12,775 nucleotides of DNA from Octopus sinensis (lineage: Eukaryota). The stretch covers positions 1-12,775 of the forward strand of contig NW_021826489.1 of assembly GCF_006345805.1 (NCBI RefSeq). The letters are read 5' to 3'. Within the stretch, counting starts at the first letter, position 1. Each line of letters starts with the position of its first letter. Positions 1 to 9,531 of this stretch are shown here, piece after piece. Below the pieces are notes generated by a model. That model was not told the origin of the DNA, ran no database searches, and worked only from the letters and a program-made list of their open reading frames with translations. A program made the translations under genes and the position numbers.

Positions 1-420
1 TCAAGAGCTCATCTTTGTTCCTTTGTTGAATGCATTATTCCCGCCGTGAATAAATAAATAAATAAATGGATAGACTTAGTAAAGACTTGAATAATTTCAT
101 CCATGTTTTTATCATCTGGAAGGTTAGATATATGGCATTGTTGTTTTGATCAATGTTAAGGTTAATGAATTTTATTTCCAAGATCAGAAAATCTGATCAA
201 TGCAGACATATCGTGAAACATCACCCAATTTATGAATAAATTTTATTTTCCAAACCAAACAAAAAAAAAACGAAGAAAAAAAAGCACATTTCTCACCAAT
301 TTCTTAATTAATTCACTTCATTATGCTTTATTTTGTTACCGTCTAATTTCATTTATGCATTCCATCCTTCTGCTTTTTCCTGTTTCTTTATTTATTCTTT
401 ATTCTTGCTTTATTTCGCAG

Positions 421-480
421 GTTGTTGTGGTTGTTACTGCCTTTCGTATCGTGCTGGTTCAGTCAGATATCAATGTTCTT
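421..480 (+). CDS. Candidate 60-nt internal exon of an unidentified host gene
   Basis: A long U-rich polypyrimidine tract ends in tttcgcag (AG at 419-420), and the donor GTAAGT starts at 481. Length is a multiple of 3 and all three frames are open: VVVVVTAFRIVLVQSDINVL / LLWLLLPFVSCWFSQISMF / CCGCYCLSYRAGSVRYQCS. Product not recognised. Confidence 0.55.
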
Positions 481-554
481 GTAAGTATGACACCTAGAAA
501 TTAAATAACTAAATGTGTGAATGCGCATGTTTGCGTGGGTTTCCGAGTGTGCAT

Positions 555-563
555 AATATATAT

Positions 564-597
<34 letters not shown>

Positions 598-940
598 ATA
601 TATATACATATATATACATATAATATATATGCATAAGCGTGTATATTTATACAAGCATATATGCATATATATTTATATAATCAGAATACATACCAATGTA
701 TGTGCATGCTGTTCCCATGCATATCTACATACACACAAGGACATGCATACATTCATATATATGAATATACATATGCATATATAAACATATGTAAATGTAT
801 ATACCTGCATGCATACATATAAACATATAATTATATATACATATATAACATATTTACACATACATGTATGTATATACACGCATATATAATAAGACACATA
901 CACATGCCTGTACGTATATACACATATGTATGTATACATA
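555..940. repeat. Degenerate (TA)n / TA-CA low-complexity tract
   Basis: Runs of TA interspersed with TG and CA, seen directly. Confidence 0.85.
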
Positions 941-1127
941 GTAATTATGTAATTAACCAGTTAGGAGCATCAGCATCATATCTCGTCATGTATTACTGGG
1001 AAATCATGGAACCATCTTATTTATCTTCATTTCAAATGAAACTGTATACTAACACATTAGTACTACCATCGGACATCAAGTTCATTCTTCATCTCTCTCT
1101 GTCCATTAAACTGCATGCCTTATATAG

Positions 1128-1163
<36 letters not shown>

Positions 1164-1419
1164 GAATTGTCTCTCACTCCACTTGTCATGATCTAATAAA
1201 TATCATCTGGTTATATTTCTTTATCTATTTTTCCGATTGACTTTTTTTCTCATTTGCTTCGCATGGTATATGACTACATTTCTCTAAAACTGAACTATAT
1301 TTACCTGTACATAAACAGCAGAAACAATATTCTCAAACTGTTATATTGTTTTAAGCAATTATTCTGTATCTGTCCGTCTATCTGTTTTTTCTCTCCTCCT
1401 GTCGGTTTTTCTCCCGTAT

Positions 1420-1466
1420 ATATACACACACACATATATATGGCTTTGTTTGTATGTAGGTGTGTT

Positions 1467-1510
<44 letters not shown>

Positions 1511-1545
1511 TTTGTTTGTGTGTGTGTGTGTATACATACATATGT
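1420..1545. repeat. (TG)n microsatellite with TA/CA flank
   Basis: Near-perfect TG run at about 1470-1530. Confidence 0.9.
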
Positions 1546-1939
1546 AAATACATTTATGAATAGACAGGTATGTATGTACATCTATTTATCACTCTTGATA
1601 TAAATAGAGATATACATGCATAACATAAGTACGGATATACATTTAAGTATGCGGATGTATACATGTAAGTATATTAGTACAGATACGCACACATACATGT
1701 GTGCTTGTAGAAATATATATATATATATAGTATTTGGTATTGAACTATAATAAAGTATTTAGAGGCCTGACGATCGGGGTTGCGTTTTAAGAAATGTTCC
1801 TGTAAATCACTGCGTGCTTAAGGAACCGTGAACAAACCTCAAGTAACAAGTGTAGCAGCGAAATTCAGAAAAGATTAGTAAGTATTAAAATAAAAATTCT
1901 ATGATATGGTGTGATGATGGGGACTGGTATCTCTAAATA

Positions 1940-1975
1940 ACACACACACACACACACACACCACACACACCACAC

Positions 1976-2018
<43 letters not shown>

Positions 2019-2031
2019 GTGTGTGTGTGTG
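1940..2031. repeat. Compound palindromic microsatellite (CA)n(TA)n(TG)n
   Basis: CA arm about 1940-1976, TA core about 1977-1998, TG arm about 1999-2031. The arms are reverse complements. Confidence 0.9.
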
Positions 2032-2109
2032 CGCGTGTGTGTATATATGCATAATTTCTGTATCATACACTAACAAAGACACACACATCAAATGTATACT
2101 TACACGTCT

Positions 2110-2112
2110 GTG

Positions 2113-2192
<80 letters not shown>

Positions 2193-2280
2193 ATATAATA
2201 TATATTTACATATATAATATTTATATAATATATATATATATATATTTATATATGTATATATATATATATAGATATATATT

Positions 2281-2320
<40 letters not shown>

Positions 2321-2322
2321 TA
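2110..2322. repeat. Long interrupted (TA)n microsatellite
   Basis: About 210 nt of almost pure alternating TA. Confidence 0.95.
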
Positions 2323-2704
2323 CATTAATTGGCCGTACCATTAGCGATTAATGGGTGTTTTTTAGCCTATTCTCTCGCATCTTTACGCAATAACAATCAC
2401 AGATGAAAAATGTGTTGCACAAGAAGACACACACAGATTTCTAATTGGCTAAACAGATCCGACATAGCTAAAGCTGAATATCAGCATATGAGCTTCTAAG
2501 TATTAAAAAAAAAACACGCAAACACATATATATATATATATTACGAAAATAGAGGTATGAAGAATAGTGTTTGTGTGCACGTATGTCTGTGTATGTGTAT
2601 AGTATGTATGTGTGAGTGTGTTCATATCTTAGATTCCAGTCTCTGATATGCATATAGATGTAAGTGTATTTACAATTATATACGTCTATGGGCGTACGTG
2701 AGCC

Positions 2705-2980
2705 ATATATCTATATATATATATATATTATATATATATATATATTATATAATATATATATACATCCGCATGTGTGTGTGGGTGATGTATATATATATAT
2801 TTATGCATAATATATATATATTACATATGTATTATACACATAATTACTATATAATGTATATATATATATGTACAATATATATATATATATACAAATATAT
2901 GTACAAATATATATATATACATATATACATATATGCGTGTGTGTGTGAGTATATACATATATATATATATACTATATACG
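2705..2980. repeat. Degenerate (TA)n tract
   Basis: TA runs with TG/CA interruptions. Confidence 0.85.
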
Positions 2981-3023
2981 CATGAATATAGAGGGATAGA
3001 TAGACAGATACGTGTGTGTGTGT

Positions 3024-3254
3024 GAATTCTCCCGTCCGTATCGACGCATTATAATCCGAGAGCCAGCTGTTTTGACTATCTCCACATATGTTTTGATTTG
3101 TGTAGCGAAGGCTTCTCTGCAACAGCCAGACCTTTCGGAAAAGCTCATAACAGCTGCTGCAATCGTGTTCCACAAACTCAATGTACAACAAACCTCGGGA
3201 TTCTTTCAGTCTCCTGAGTTGGGCGTCTTTGCCACTGCTTAAATTCGAAGCCAG
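3024..3254 (-). pseudogene. Orphan coding-like remnant (77 open codons, CxxC motif)
   Basis: Stop-free minus frame LASNLSSGKDAQLRRLKESRGLLYIEFVEHDCSSCYELFRKVWLLQRSLRYTNQNICGDSQNSWLSDYNASIRTGEF. GC-richer than the flanks, and the in-register antisense frame is also open. No convincing splice sites. Confidence 0.35.
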
Positions 3255-3261
3255 TTAAATG

Positions 3262-3431
3262 AGCACCTGGATATACAATGTGGCTGTGTGCTTAGAAATT
3301 TGCCTCCCATCTACATGACTCCGGGTTCAGTCCCACTGCGTGGCAACCTTGGGAATATGTCTTCTGCTACAGGCTCGAGGCGACCAAAGACTTGTGAGTA
3401 GATTTCGTAGTCGGAAACAGGGAGATGCTTA

Positions 3432-3433
<2 letters not shown>
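3262..3433 (+). mobile_element. tRNA-derived SINE with CORE-like domain
   Basis: A-box-like TGGCTGTGTGC at 3281, B-box-like GGTTCAGTCCC at 3324-3334, then gcaaccttgggaatatgtcttc (resembles the CORE motif ccttgggcaagt). Ends in a (CA)n tail. Confidence 0.8.
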
Positions 3434-3480
<47 letters not shown>

Positions 3481-3492
3481 ACACACAAACAC
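3434..3492. repeat. (CA)n microsatellite at SINE tail
   Basis: Near-perfect CA run. Confidence 0.95.
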
Positions 3493-3524
3493 ATATGTAC
3501 ATGTGTGTGTATATATATATCTGC

Positions 3525-3636
3525 GTGTGTTAGAATAAATAACAGGCTTTAATAAGAGAGGTACTGGGATCGAACCATACGACTATAACTCCTCAAGGCG
3601 GTGCCCCAGTCTAATGGCTTTAACAAGTAAAAGATG
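3525..3636 (+). mobile_element. 3' fragment of a SINE
   Basis: ctgggatcgaaccatacgact...caaggcggtgcccca...aacaagtaaaagat resembles a common octopus SINE 3' end as I recall it. Not verifiable inside the window. Confidence 0.55.
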
Positions 3637-3684
3637 CATACACAATATGTATATGTATATATATATATATATAATATATATTGT

Positions 3685-3866
3685 GAGAATTTACAAAAAA
3701 AAAAACAAAAGACGAAGACGGATGCGTAAACAACAAATAGATGCATTATTTCAACGCTCGGGAAGTGAGAAAATCTTTCAGGCTTCGAACCTACGCTCTT
3801 CGACTGAAAGGAACACACAAATAAACAGGAGAGAAATCGAATAAGTTTTAGTGCCTATCATGGCGA
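3685..3866 (-). mobile_element. Penelope-like terminal-repeat fragment, copy A
   Basis: Aligns by eye along its length with 12101-12286 (tttac-aaaa-aaagacgaagac...aacgctc...ttcga-cctacgc-ctt...gaaagg...ctatca-ggcga). Contains a hammerhead-like motif. Confidence 0.65.
3775..3810 (-). ncRNA. Decayed minimal type I hammerhead-like motif (copy A)
   Basis: Minus strand reads CTTT CAGTCGA A GAGC GTAG GTTC GAAG CC TG AAAG. Stems I (CTTT/AAAG) and II are retained, but several core positions are mutated. Confidence 0.45.
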
Positions 3867-3909
3867 ATGCCGGACAGAGGGGTCACAGAGGAGAGCTAGG
3901 AAGAAGGGT

Positions 3910-3925
3910 AGATAATAAAGTAGTA

Positions 3926-3956
<31 letters not shown>

Positions 3957-3980
3957 CTATATATTATATATATATATAAT
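3910..3980. repeat. (TA)n microsatellite
   Basis: Alternating TA run. Confidence 0.9.
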
Positions 3981-4189
3981 AAAAATATTAGGGATAAATC
4001 CAATTTACAGGAAAAAATCAGATTAGGATTAAATCAATTTTATAGTAAAATATTATAAATATTTTTTGCAAAATAGTGGTTTTGTCTCTAATAATATTTT
4101 ATATATATATATATATATATACATATAAGAAAAAGCAACAAGAATGGATCAATATTTCGGTACAATTATTTCGTACGAAGACAGCTTTA

Positions 4190-4574
4190 TTAAGGCTTCA
4201 AATATTGCAGTAAATATAAATGACCTGTACTCATCAGTCGAAAAAACATGTGTTCTCCAAACATCTAAGGGGATGATGTTACATATATATGTTATGTATA
4301 TATATACATACATATATATGTCGTATCTAGGTATAGACGCTTCTTTCTGCAATCATGTAATCACATAAACCGAATTAGCACGTCGGCAATGCAAGACATT
4401 GTTATTCAATTTGATATATTGTCATTGAATTTACTTCGTTGAGGATCTCAATTGAAGCCATAAATCTTTGCAGAATCTCCGAGTAATTCCTAATGGCTTC
4501 GTCATTGAAAATCTGCCCTACTCTTTGAACAGTGTACTCTTTTAAATCCAGCTTTTCAGCACCAACCGATGTTT
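4190..4574 (-). CDS. Candidate two-exon fragment (4574-4435 and 4264-4190), product unknown
   Basis: Acceptor tgtag then 140 nt open, donor GTAAAT at 4434, a 170-nt GT-AG intron, and acceptor ccccttag. The in-frame join reads ETSVGAEKLDLKEYTVQRVGQIFNDEAIRNYSEILQRFMASIEILNE|MFGEHMFFRLMSTGHLYLLQYLKP*. Confidence 0.3.
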
Positions 4575-4757
4575 CTACATGCATACATACACACACAGAT
4601 ACACTCGCAGACGCACACCCCTGCATACATACATACATAAACTTTCCAGAAGTTTATCAATTAAAGATATATAGGAGCATGTCTAGATATGCCACTATAT
4701 GCAGCAGAATACATAAATAAAGCAAAACATGCAAATATACATACAAAGAAACAAATA

Positions 4758-4868
4758 TATCCCGTGGTTGATGTCCAAAGCTCCAAAGAAGGAACTTTGA
4801 ATCTAGGTTAGAAACCGGTTCATTCTCTATCGGCAAGACATCTTGAAATAAAACTAAACAATGACACA
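4758..4868 (+). mobile_element. Probable SINE/repeat 3' fragment
   Basis: ctccaaagaaggaactttgaatctaggttagaaaccgg...tcttgaaataaaact resembles a recalled octopus repeat tail, and it runs into a TG/CT/TA microsatellite. Recall only. Confidence 0.35.
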
Positions 4869-4869
4869 T

Positions 4870-4885
4870 ATGTGTGTGTGTGCAT

Positions 4886-4921
<36 letters not shown>

Positions 4922-4929
4922 CCTCTCTG

Positions 4930-4958
<29 letters not shown>
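4870..4958. repeat. Compound (TG)n(CT)n(TA)n microsatellite
   Basis: Seen directly. Confidence 0.9.
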
Positions 4959-4960
<2 letters not shown>

Positions 4961-5731
4961 TCATTCATTCATTCAGTTTTTTAGCACCGCCACGAAGATC
5001 TTCACATATTTTTCTATATCTGCTTGTCATTTCATTATTTATTTGCCTGTATATCCCAGTATATCTCTTTCCAAATATATATATATATATATATATATTT
5101 ATGTATGTATGTATATATGAATCGATCATAATCACCATTTCCTCCATACAGCATATCTCGAGCGAGCTTCTCCACGCTTTCTGCCTACATCTGGCAGCGT
5201 TCGGGCGTTCTTGCGCTTTCTTTCTTTTTCAGGCGTTTCTTTTTTTTTCTCTGACCTAATATATTTGCATATTATATAATATATTCATATCTTCAATGAA
5301 ATTCAAATCTCTAAACGCTACCTTCTTATCCATTGCTCCTTTCTCCCATTGTGTCTACTTTCTTAACACATTTTTATATATTCATGATCTATTATCCTGC
5401 ATCATATTTTGAGGTAATTTCCATAATATAGACATTTTCAACAAAAACATCAGTGAAACAGAAAGTATTACGAGTACATACATATGTATGTTTGCATATG
5501 TGTATATACTTATATCCATTTATCACTATATATACGACAATGATATGTATATATATCTATGTATCTATATGTATGTGTATATGTGTATTACATTTATGTA
5601 AATATGTGTGTGTATCGTCTGTATAATATGTATACATAATGTATGCATGTATGCGTAAATAAACACTCGTATGCCACACAAGTACTTATATAAAGACATG
5701 TACATGTGTATGTGTATATATATAATATATA

Positions 5732-5762
<31 letters not shown>

Positions 5763-5764
<2 letters not shown>

Positions 5765-5972
5765 AAGTTAATCCAAACAAGAAACAGAAAAAACACAACA
5801 ACGCGAGGACGTGGAACAAATATAGTATTATTGGACGCTCAGTAAAGAAGGAAAGAAGGAAGGTTTAACGTTTCGAGCGGAGCTCTTCGTTGGAAACATA
5901 GGAGAAGGAAAGAACCAGAGAAGGGAAGACAGAGGAAAAAAATCGCCAACGATACACATGAGGTCACATTTT
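5763..5972 (-). mobile_element. Penelope-like terminal-repeat fragment, copy B (related subfamily)
   Basis: Shares tatta...acgctcag...ttt-acgtttcgagc...ctcttc with copies A and C, and abuts a (TA)n run at 5715-5763. Confidence 0.6.
5863..5897 (-). ncRNA. Minimal type I hammerhead-like motif (copy B)
   Basis: Minus strand reads GTTT CCAACGA A GAGC TCC GCTC GAAA CG TT AAAC. Stem I GTTT/AAAC, stem II GAGC/GCTC, GAAA plus palindromic ACGT. The core deviates from CUGANGA. Confidence 0.55.
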
Positions 5973-5991
5973 GAAATATATATATATATAT

Positions 5992-6120
5992 TGGCCTGCT
6001 CGCTTAGCCAGCGGGGTGGCGTCATTCAAAGGCTAAAAAACAATGCAAACGCATTGTGACCAGCGATGTGTAGCAGCATCTGATGGTCTGGTCGGTCACG
6101 TGATCACGTGATCACGTGAT
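5992..6120 (+). mobile_element. 3' end of a dispersed repeat terminating in an (GATCACGT)n tail
   Basis: A GC-richer segment ends in three tandem 8-mers followed by (TA)n. A short tandem tail is typical of non-LTR 3' ends. Family not assigned. Confidence 0.45.
6096..6119. repeat. Perfect 24-bp palindrome made of three CACGTG E-boxes
   Basis: TCACGTGATCACGTGATCACGTGA, with CACGTG at 6097, 6105 and 6113. Confidence 0.95.
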
Positions 6121-6140
6121 ATATATATATATCATATATA

Positions 6141-6980
6141 ATTTCTTTTTCTTATATTAGCTTCAGCTCGAGAGTTGTGGCCATGTTAGGGACCGCCGTT
6201 ATGTTTGCTACACTATCACTGCTTTAAACCTCCTTTGATATATGGTATTTGGTGAATGAGGGAGATTGATGTTGCTGCCGTCATCTGTGTTTCCTGTCGT
6301 GAGGTGGGTCCATCTGGAGCTCTTGACAAACGGAGATCCAGTTCTGTTTTAAAACCACTTATATCCACCCCCATGTAGGTCTGAGGATTTGGGAAAGGAT
6401 ACTGAAACACTGTAGGCACTTAAGGACTCAAAGCTGTTGCAGTATCTGGTTCTGTATCCTGACGACAATGTTGGGATCTTTGGAACCCTGTCCTGCTTCT
6501 GTAACTTTCAATGACAAAGTTTGGTACAAGTCCTTCCAAGATTTTTCGGATGTATATTAGTGGACATCGTTCCGGCCTTTGTTTCAAGGAGTAGCTGACA
6601 TGTCGCATTAAGACGATCCCATGGGTGTAGCTTCGCAAGATTGCTTTGAGTTCCACCATTACTTTTACATTATGTGGTGACCATAATTGAGAGCAGTAGT
6701 CTTAACGGCTGAAGGTATAATATCCTCCAGAGGACCATAGTGGATTCCTGTTCTTTCGTTGGGAAAGTTCTAATGATCTCTTTGGCCAGTCACCTGCATT
6801 TTATTGTCAGTTTAGTAATATGAACCGGGAATGGCATACCATTGCCCATATCAACGTCCAGGTGGCGTTGTGATTTTGATGTAGAGATTGCAATCTCTCC
6901 TAGGGCAGTGTACCCTGCCTGGTTTTCATGCAGCTTCATGTCGTGGTAGCACAGGCGTAAGAATCTTCCAGCATTTTCCA
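6141..6980 (-). mobile_element. 5'-truncated, decayed CR1/L2-group LINE (C-terminal ORF2 plus short 3' UTR)
   Basis: Minus-strand peptides, broken by stops and frameshifts, include RHLDVDM...HITKLTIKCR*LAKEIIRTF, DYCSQLWSP, IYIRKILEGLVPNF and FKTELDLRLSRAPDGP. These match post-RT C-terminal motifs of CR1/L2-type ORF2 (LEYCSxxWSP, YKILxGL, FKxxLD). ORF stop at 6216, A-rich tail near 6141-6160. Confidence 0.88.
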
Positions 6981-7269
6981 CACACACACACACACAAACA
7001 CACACAAACAGGGCACAAATAATATTCTAAATTTACGAAGGCAGTCACTGGTATTCATAGATTACATCATAGTTTGAAATCTACCATCTTCAGATAAAAT
7101 TTTAAACAGTTAGAAACAGGTGAGATAATACCTTGCTGATGACGAATCCAACCAGCATATTATATCTTCATGGTTCTTTTACCTAAGTGTGAACCCTATA
7201 TTACTGGACCTAGCCATTTCTGGTGTCTTACGCACTAATGTGCCTAGATTCTACTGAATCCTATAACTA

Positions 7270-7271
7270 AT

Positions 7272-7303
<32 letters not shown>

Positions 7304-7305
7304 TA

Positions 7306-7336
<31 letters not shown>

Positions 7337-7338
7337 TA

Positions 7339-7377
<39 letters not shown>

Positions 7378-7384
7378 ACACATA
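7270..7384. repeat. (CA)n microsatellite
   Basis: Interrupted CA run. Confidence 0.92.
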
Positions 7385-7579
7385 TCAACGTTTATGTATG
7401 CATATACACATGTATCCATGTACATATAGACATTTAGATTGAGCTTATCACGTTGAAATATATTTTTAACACATACACACATACATATAACTGCGACTTT
7501 TATGTATCAAAACCTACCCTTACGATGTTATACATGTTTATTGTTGTAATACTGTTAAAACATATTTGTTATAACATAA

Positions 7580-7640
7580 TATATTATATATATATATAAT
7601 ATATGTGTGTATATATATGTATGTATAATATTTAGGTATA

Positions 7641-7678
<38 letters not shown>

Positions 7679-7760
7679 TATATGTATATATATATGTATA
7701 TACATATATATATGTATATTATATGTGTGTATGTATTTATATGTGTGTATGTATTTTTCT
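7580..7760. repeat. Degenerate (TA)n/(TG)n tract
   Basis: Seen directly. Confidence 0.88.
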
Positions 7761-8035
7761 TGTTATTGTTTCAATCTCCTATGCCATACTTATTGAGAAA
7801 AATACTGCGTTATAAAATTCATCTGTATTTTATATATGTTTAAATTATATTTTCATGTTAATTTACGTTAAATAATCTACATATGAAATATTATATATAC
7901 ATATTTTAAAGGATATTTTTGCCTTTTTAATTAAAACGCAACGTTTCTTCGTAAAAACAAGAATAAAGTGCGGCAAAAACGTAATAGCAATAATAATATC
8001 CGGTTATAATGCATTTGTTTTATTACATCGTTTAT

Positions 8036-8096
8036 AATAATATTAACAATAATAACATTTCTGATGATGATGATGATGATGATTATAATAATAATA

Positions 8097-8143
<47 letters not shown>

Positions 8144-8351
8144 TAATAATAATAATAATGACGCAAACGATGATGACGATGTTCATGATGATGATGATAT
8201 AATTCTAATAACCATAACGTCTATAATTATTTCTGACAAGATTAGTGCTAATAATGTCAGCAATATATTAACAAGAAAAATATTTACAATAACGATATTT
8301 ACGATAATAATAATAATAATAATAATATAATAATAATAATAATAATGATAA

Positions 8352-8382
<31 letters not shown>

Positions 8383-8752
8383 AATAATGATAATAATAAC
8401 AATAATAATAATAATGATGATGATGATGATGACGATGATGATGATGATAATGATAAAAATAATAATGATGATGATAATAATAAAGATAAAAATCATAACA
8501 ACGATGATAATGACAATAACAACAACAATAATGATTACAAAATAAAGTTATGATAACAGCAAAAATAATAATTATAATAATCATAATAATAGCAAAAGTA
8601 ATAATGATAATACTAATAACAACAATTTTGTTTTTATTCATATATATATTTGTCATGCGTATAGTAACACATCAACAATACAAAAAAATTAATAGTGAAA
8701 ATAATAATAATAATAATAATAATATGATGATGATGATGATGATGATGATGAC

Positions 8753-8799
<47 letters not shown>

Positions 8800-8825
8800 T
8801 AATAATAATAATAATAATGATAATA
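8036..8825. repeat. About 0.8-kb degenerate trinucleotide array (AAT)n/(GAT)n/(AAC)n
   Basis: Blocks of AAT and GAT with AAC and AAA variants. Source of the poly-I/M/N/Y ORFs. Confidence 0.93.
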
Positions 8826-8826
8826 A

Positions 8827-9475
8827 ATGCCCTAATGCAGTACCGGTCAGTGGGTCTCGTGGCTTCTGATCTTAACTGATTGGAAGTGTTATCATGTACA
8901 TTGTTTTGTCTTGGTATAAAAGATGGCCTACAGCAAATATTCTGCTCAATACCACAGATTTGCTTGTCAGTTGTTTGACCATAACCAGTTGAGCATGTCC
9001 CTTAGTGACTGACGACATGTGCATCTCTAATCATGAGCAGGAGTAATGGGGGAGCATCATAGCCGTGTGTTGAGAGGAATTCTTTGGGGTTTGGATAATT
9101 CACCTTTGGAAACATGGGTGTTTCGTTCAACATCCTTAAACAACCCTTGTTCAAGGGACCTTTTCAGCGGTATGGGTTACTCGACCAGAAGAAAATCCTA
9201 ACTGGGCCTGTACCCGTATCAGACATGTAGTCATGATGGGTATACTGGGCTTCGTATATTTTACCCCAGTGTCACTTTGATGGCATGAACTGCTCTCTCA
9301 CTCAATAATAATAATAATAATGTTTATCTTGATATGAGATCACCATGTCGCGCACATATGGTTGTGATGCATGTGCCTAGTGTACCCGTATCAGACATGT
9401 AGTCATGATGGGTATACTGGGCTTCGTATATTTTACCCCAGTGTCACTTTGATGGCATGAACTGCTCTCTCACTC
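8827..9475 (+). mobile_element. (AAT)n-flanked dispersed element, probably the 3' part of a non-LTR retroelement, with a duplicated 3' end
   Basis: Complex sequence sits between two (AAT)n arrays of the same strand orientation. 9209-9303 and 9381-9475 are identical, and each is followed by (AAT)n. Confidence 0.6.
9209..9475. repeat. Perfect 95-bp direct repeat, 172-bp spacing
   Basis: tgtacccgtatcagacatg...ctctctcactc at 9209-9303 and 9381-9475, no mismatches by eye. Confidence 0.95.

Positions 9476-9531
<56 letters not shown>

Noticed and set aside
1-67. Segment ending in (AATA)n, like a LINE tail
   Set aside because: Truncated by the window edge and too short to assign.
182-198. 7-bp hairpin GATCAGA-AAA-TCTGATC
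   Set aside because: Short enough to be expected by chance, with no context.
961-1043. Possible exon LGASASYLVMYYWEIMEPS after aaccag
   Set aside because: No pyrimidine tract, weak donor (GTATAC), and the peptide is not recognised.
1767-1800. CTGACGA...GAAATG resembling a hammerhead
   Set aside because: The intervening sequence forms no stem II, and stem I is out of register.
1763-1877. Complex segment ending at donor-like GTAAGT (1878)
   Set aside because: All frames from the upstream AGs at 1762 and 1791 contain stops, and the remaining acceptor is weak.
4657-4968. Minus ORF containing DVLPIENEPVSNLDSKFLLWSFGHQPRD
   Set aside because: It overlaps what looks like a repeat tail plus microsatellites, and its donor phase does not fit the next candidate exon.
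7068-7095. Minus-strand CTGAAGATGGTAGATTTCAAAC
   Set aside because: G12 is missing and stem II is too weak to call.
7136-7152. CTGATGACGAAT
   Set aside because: No stem II and no GAAA, so a chance partial match.
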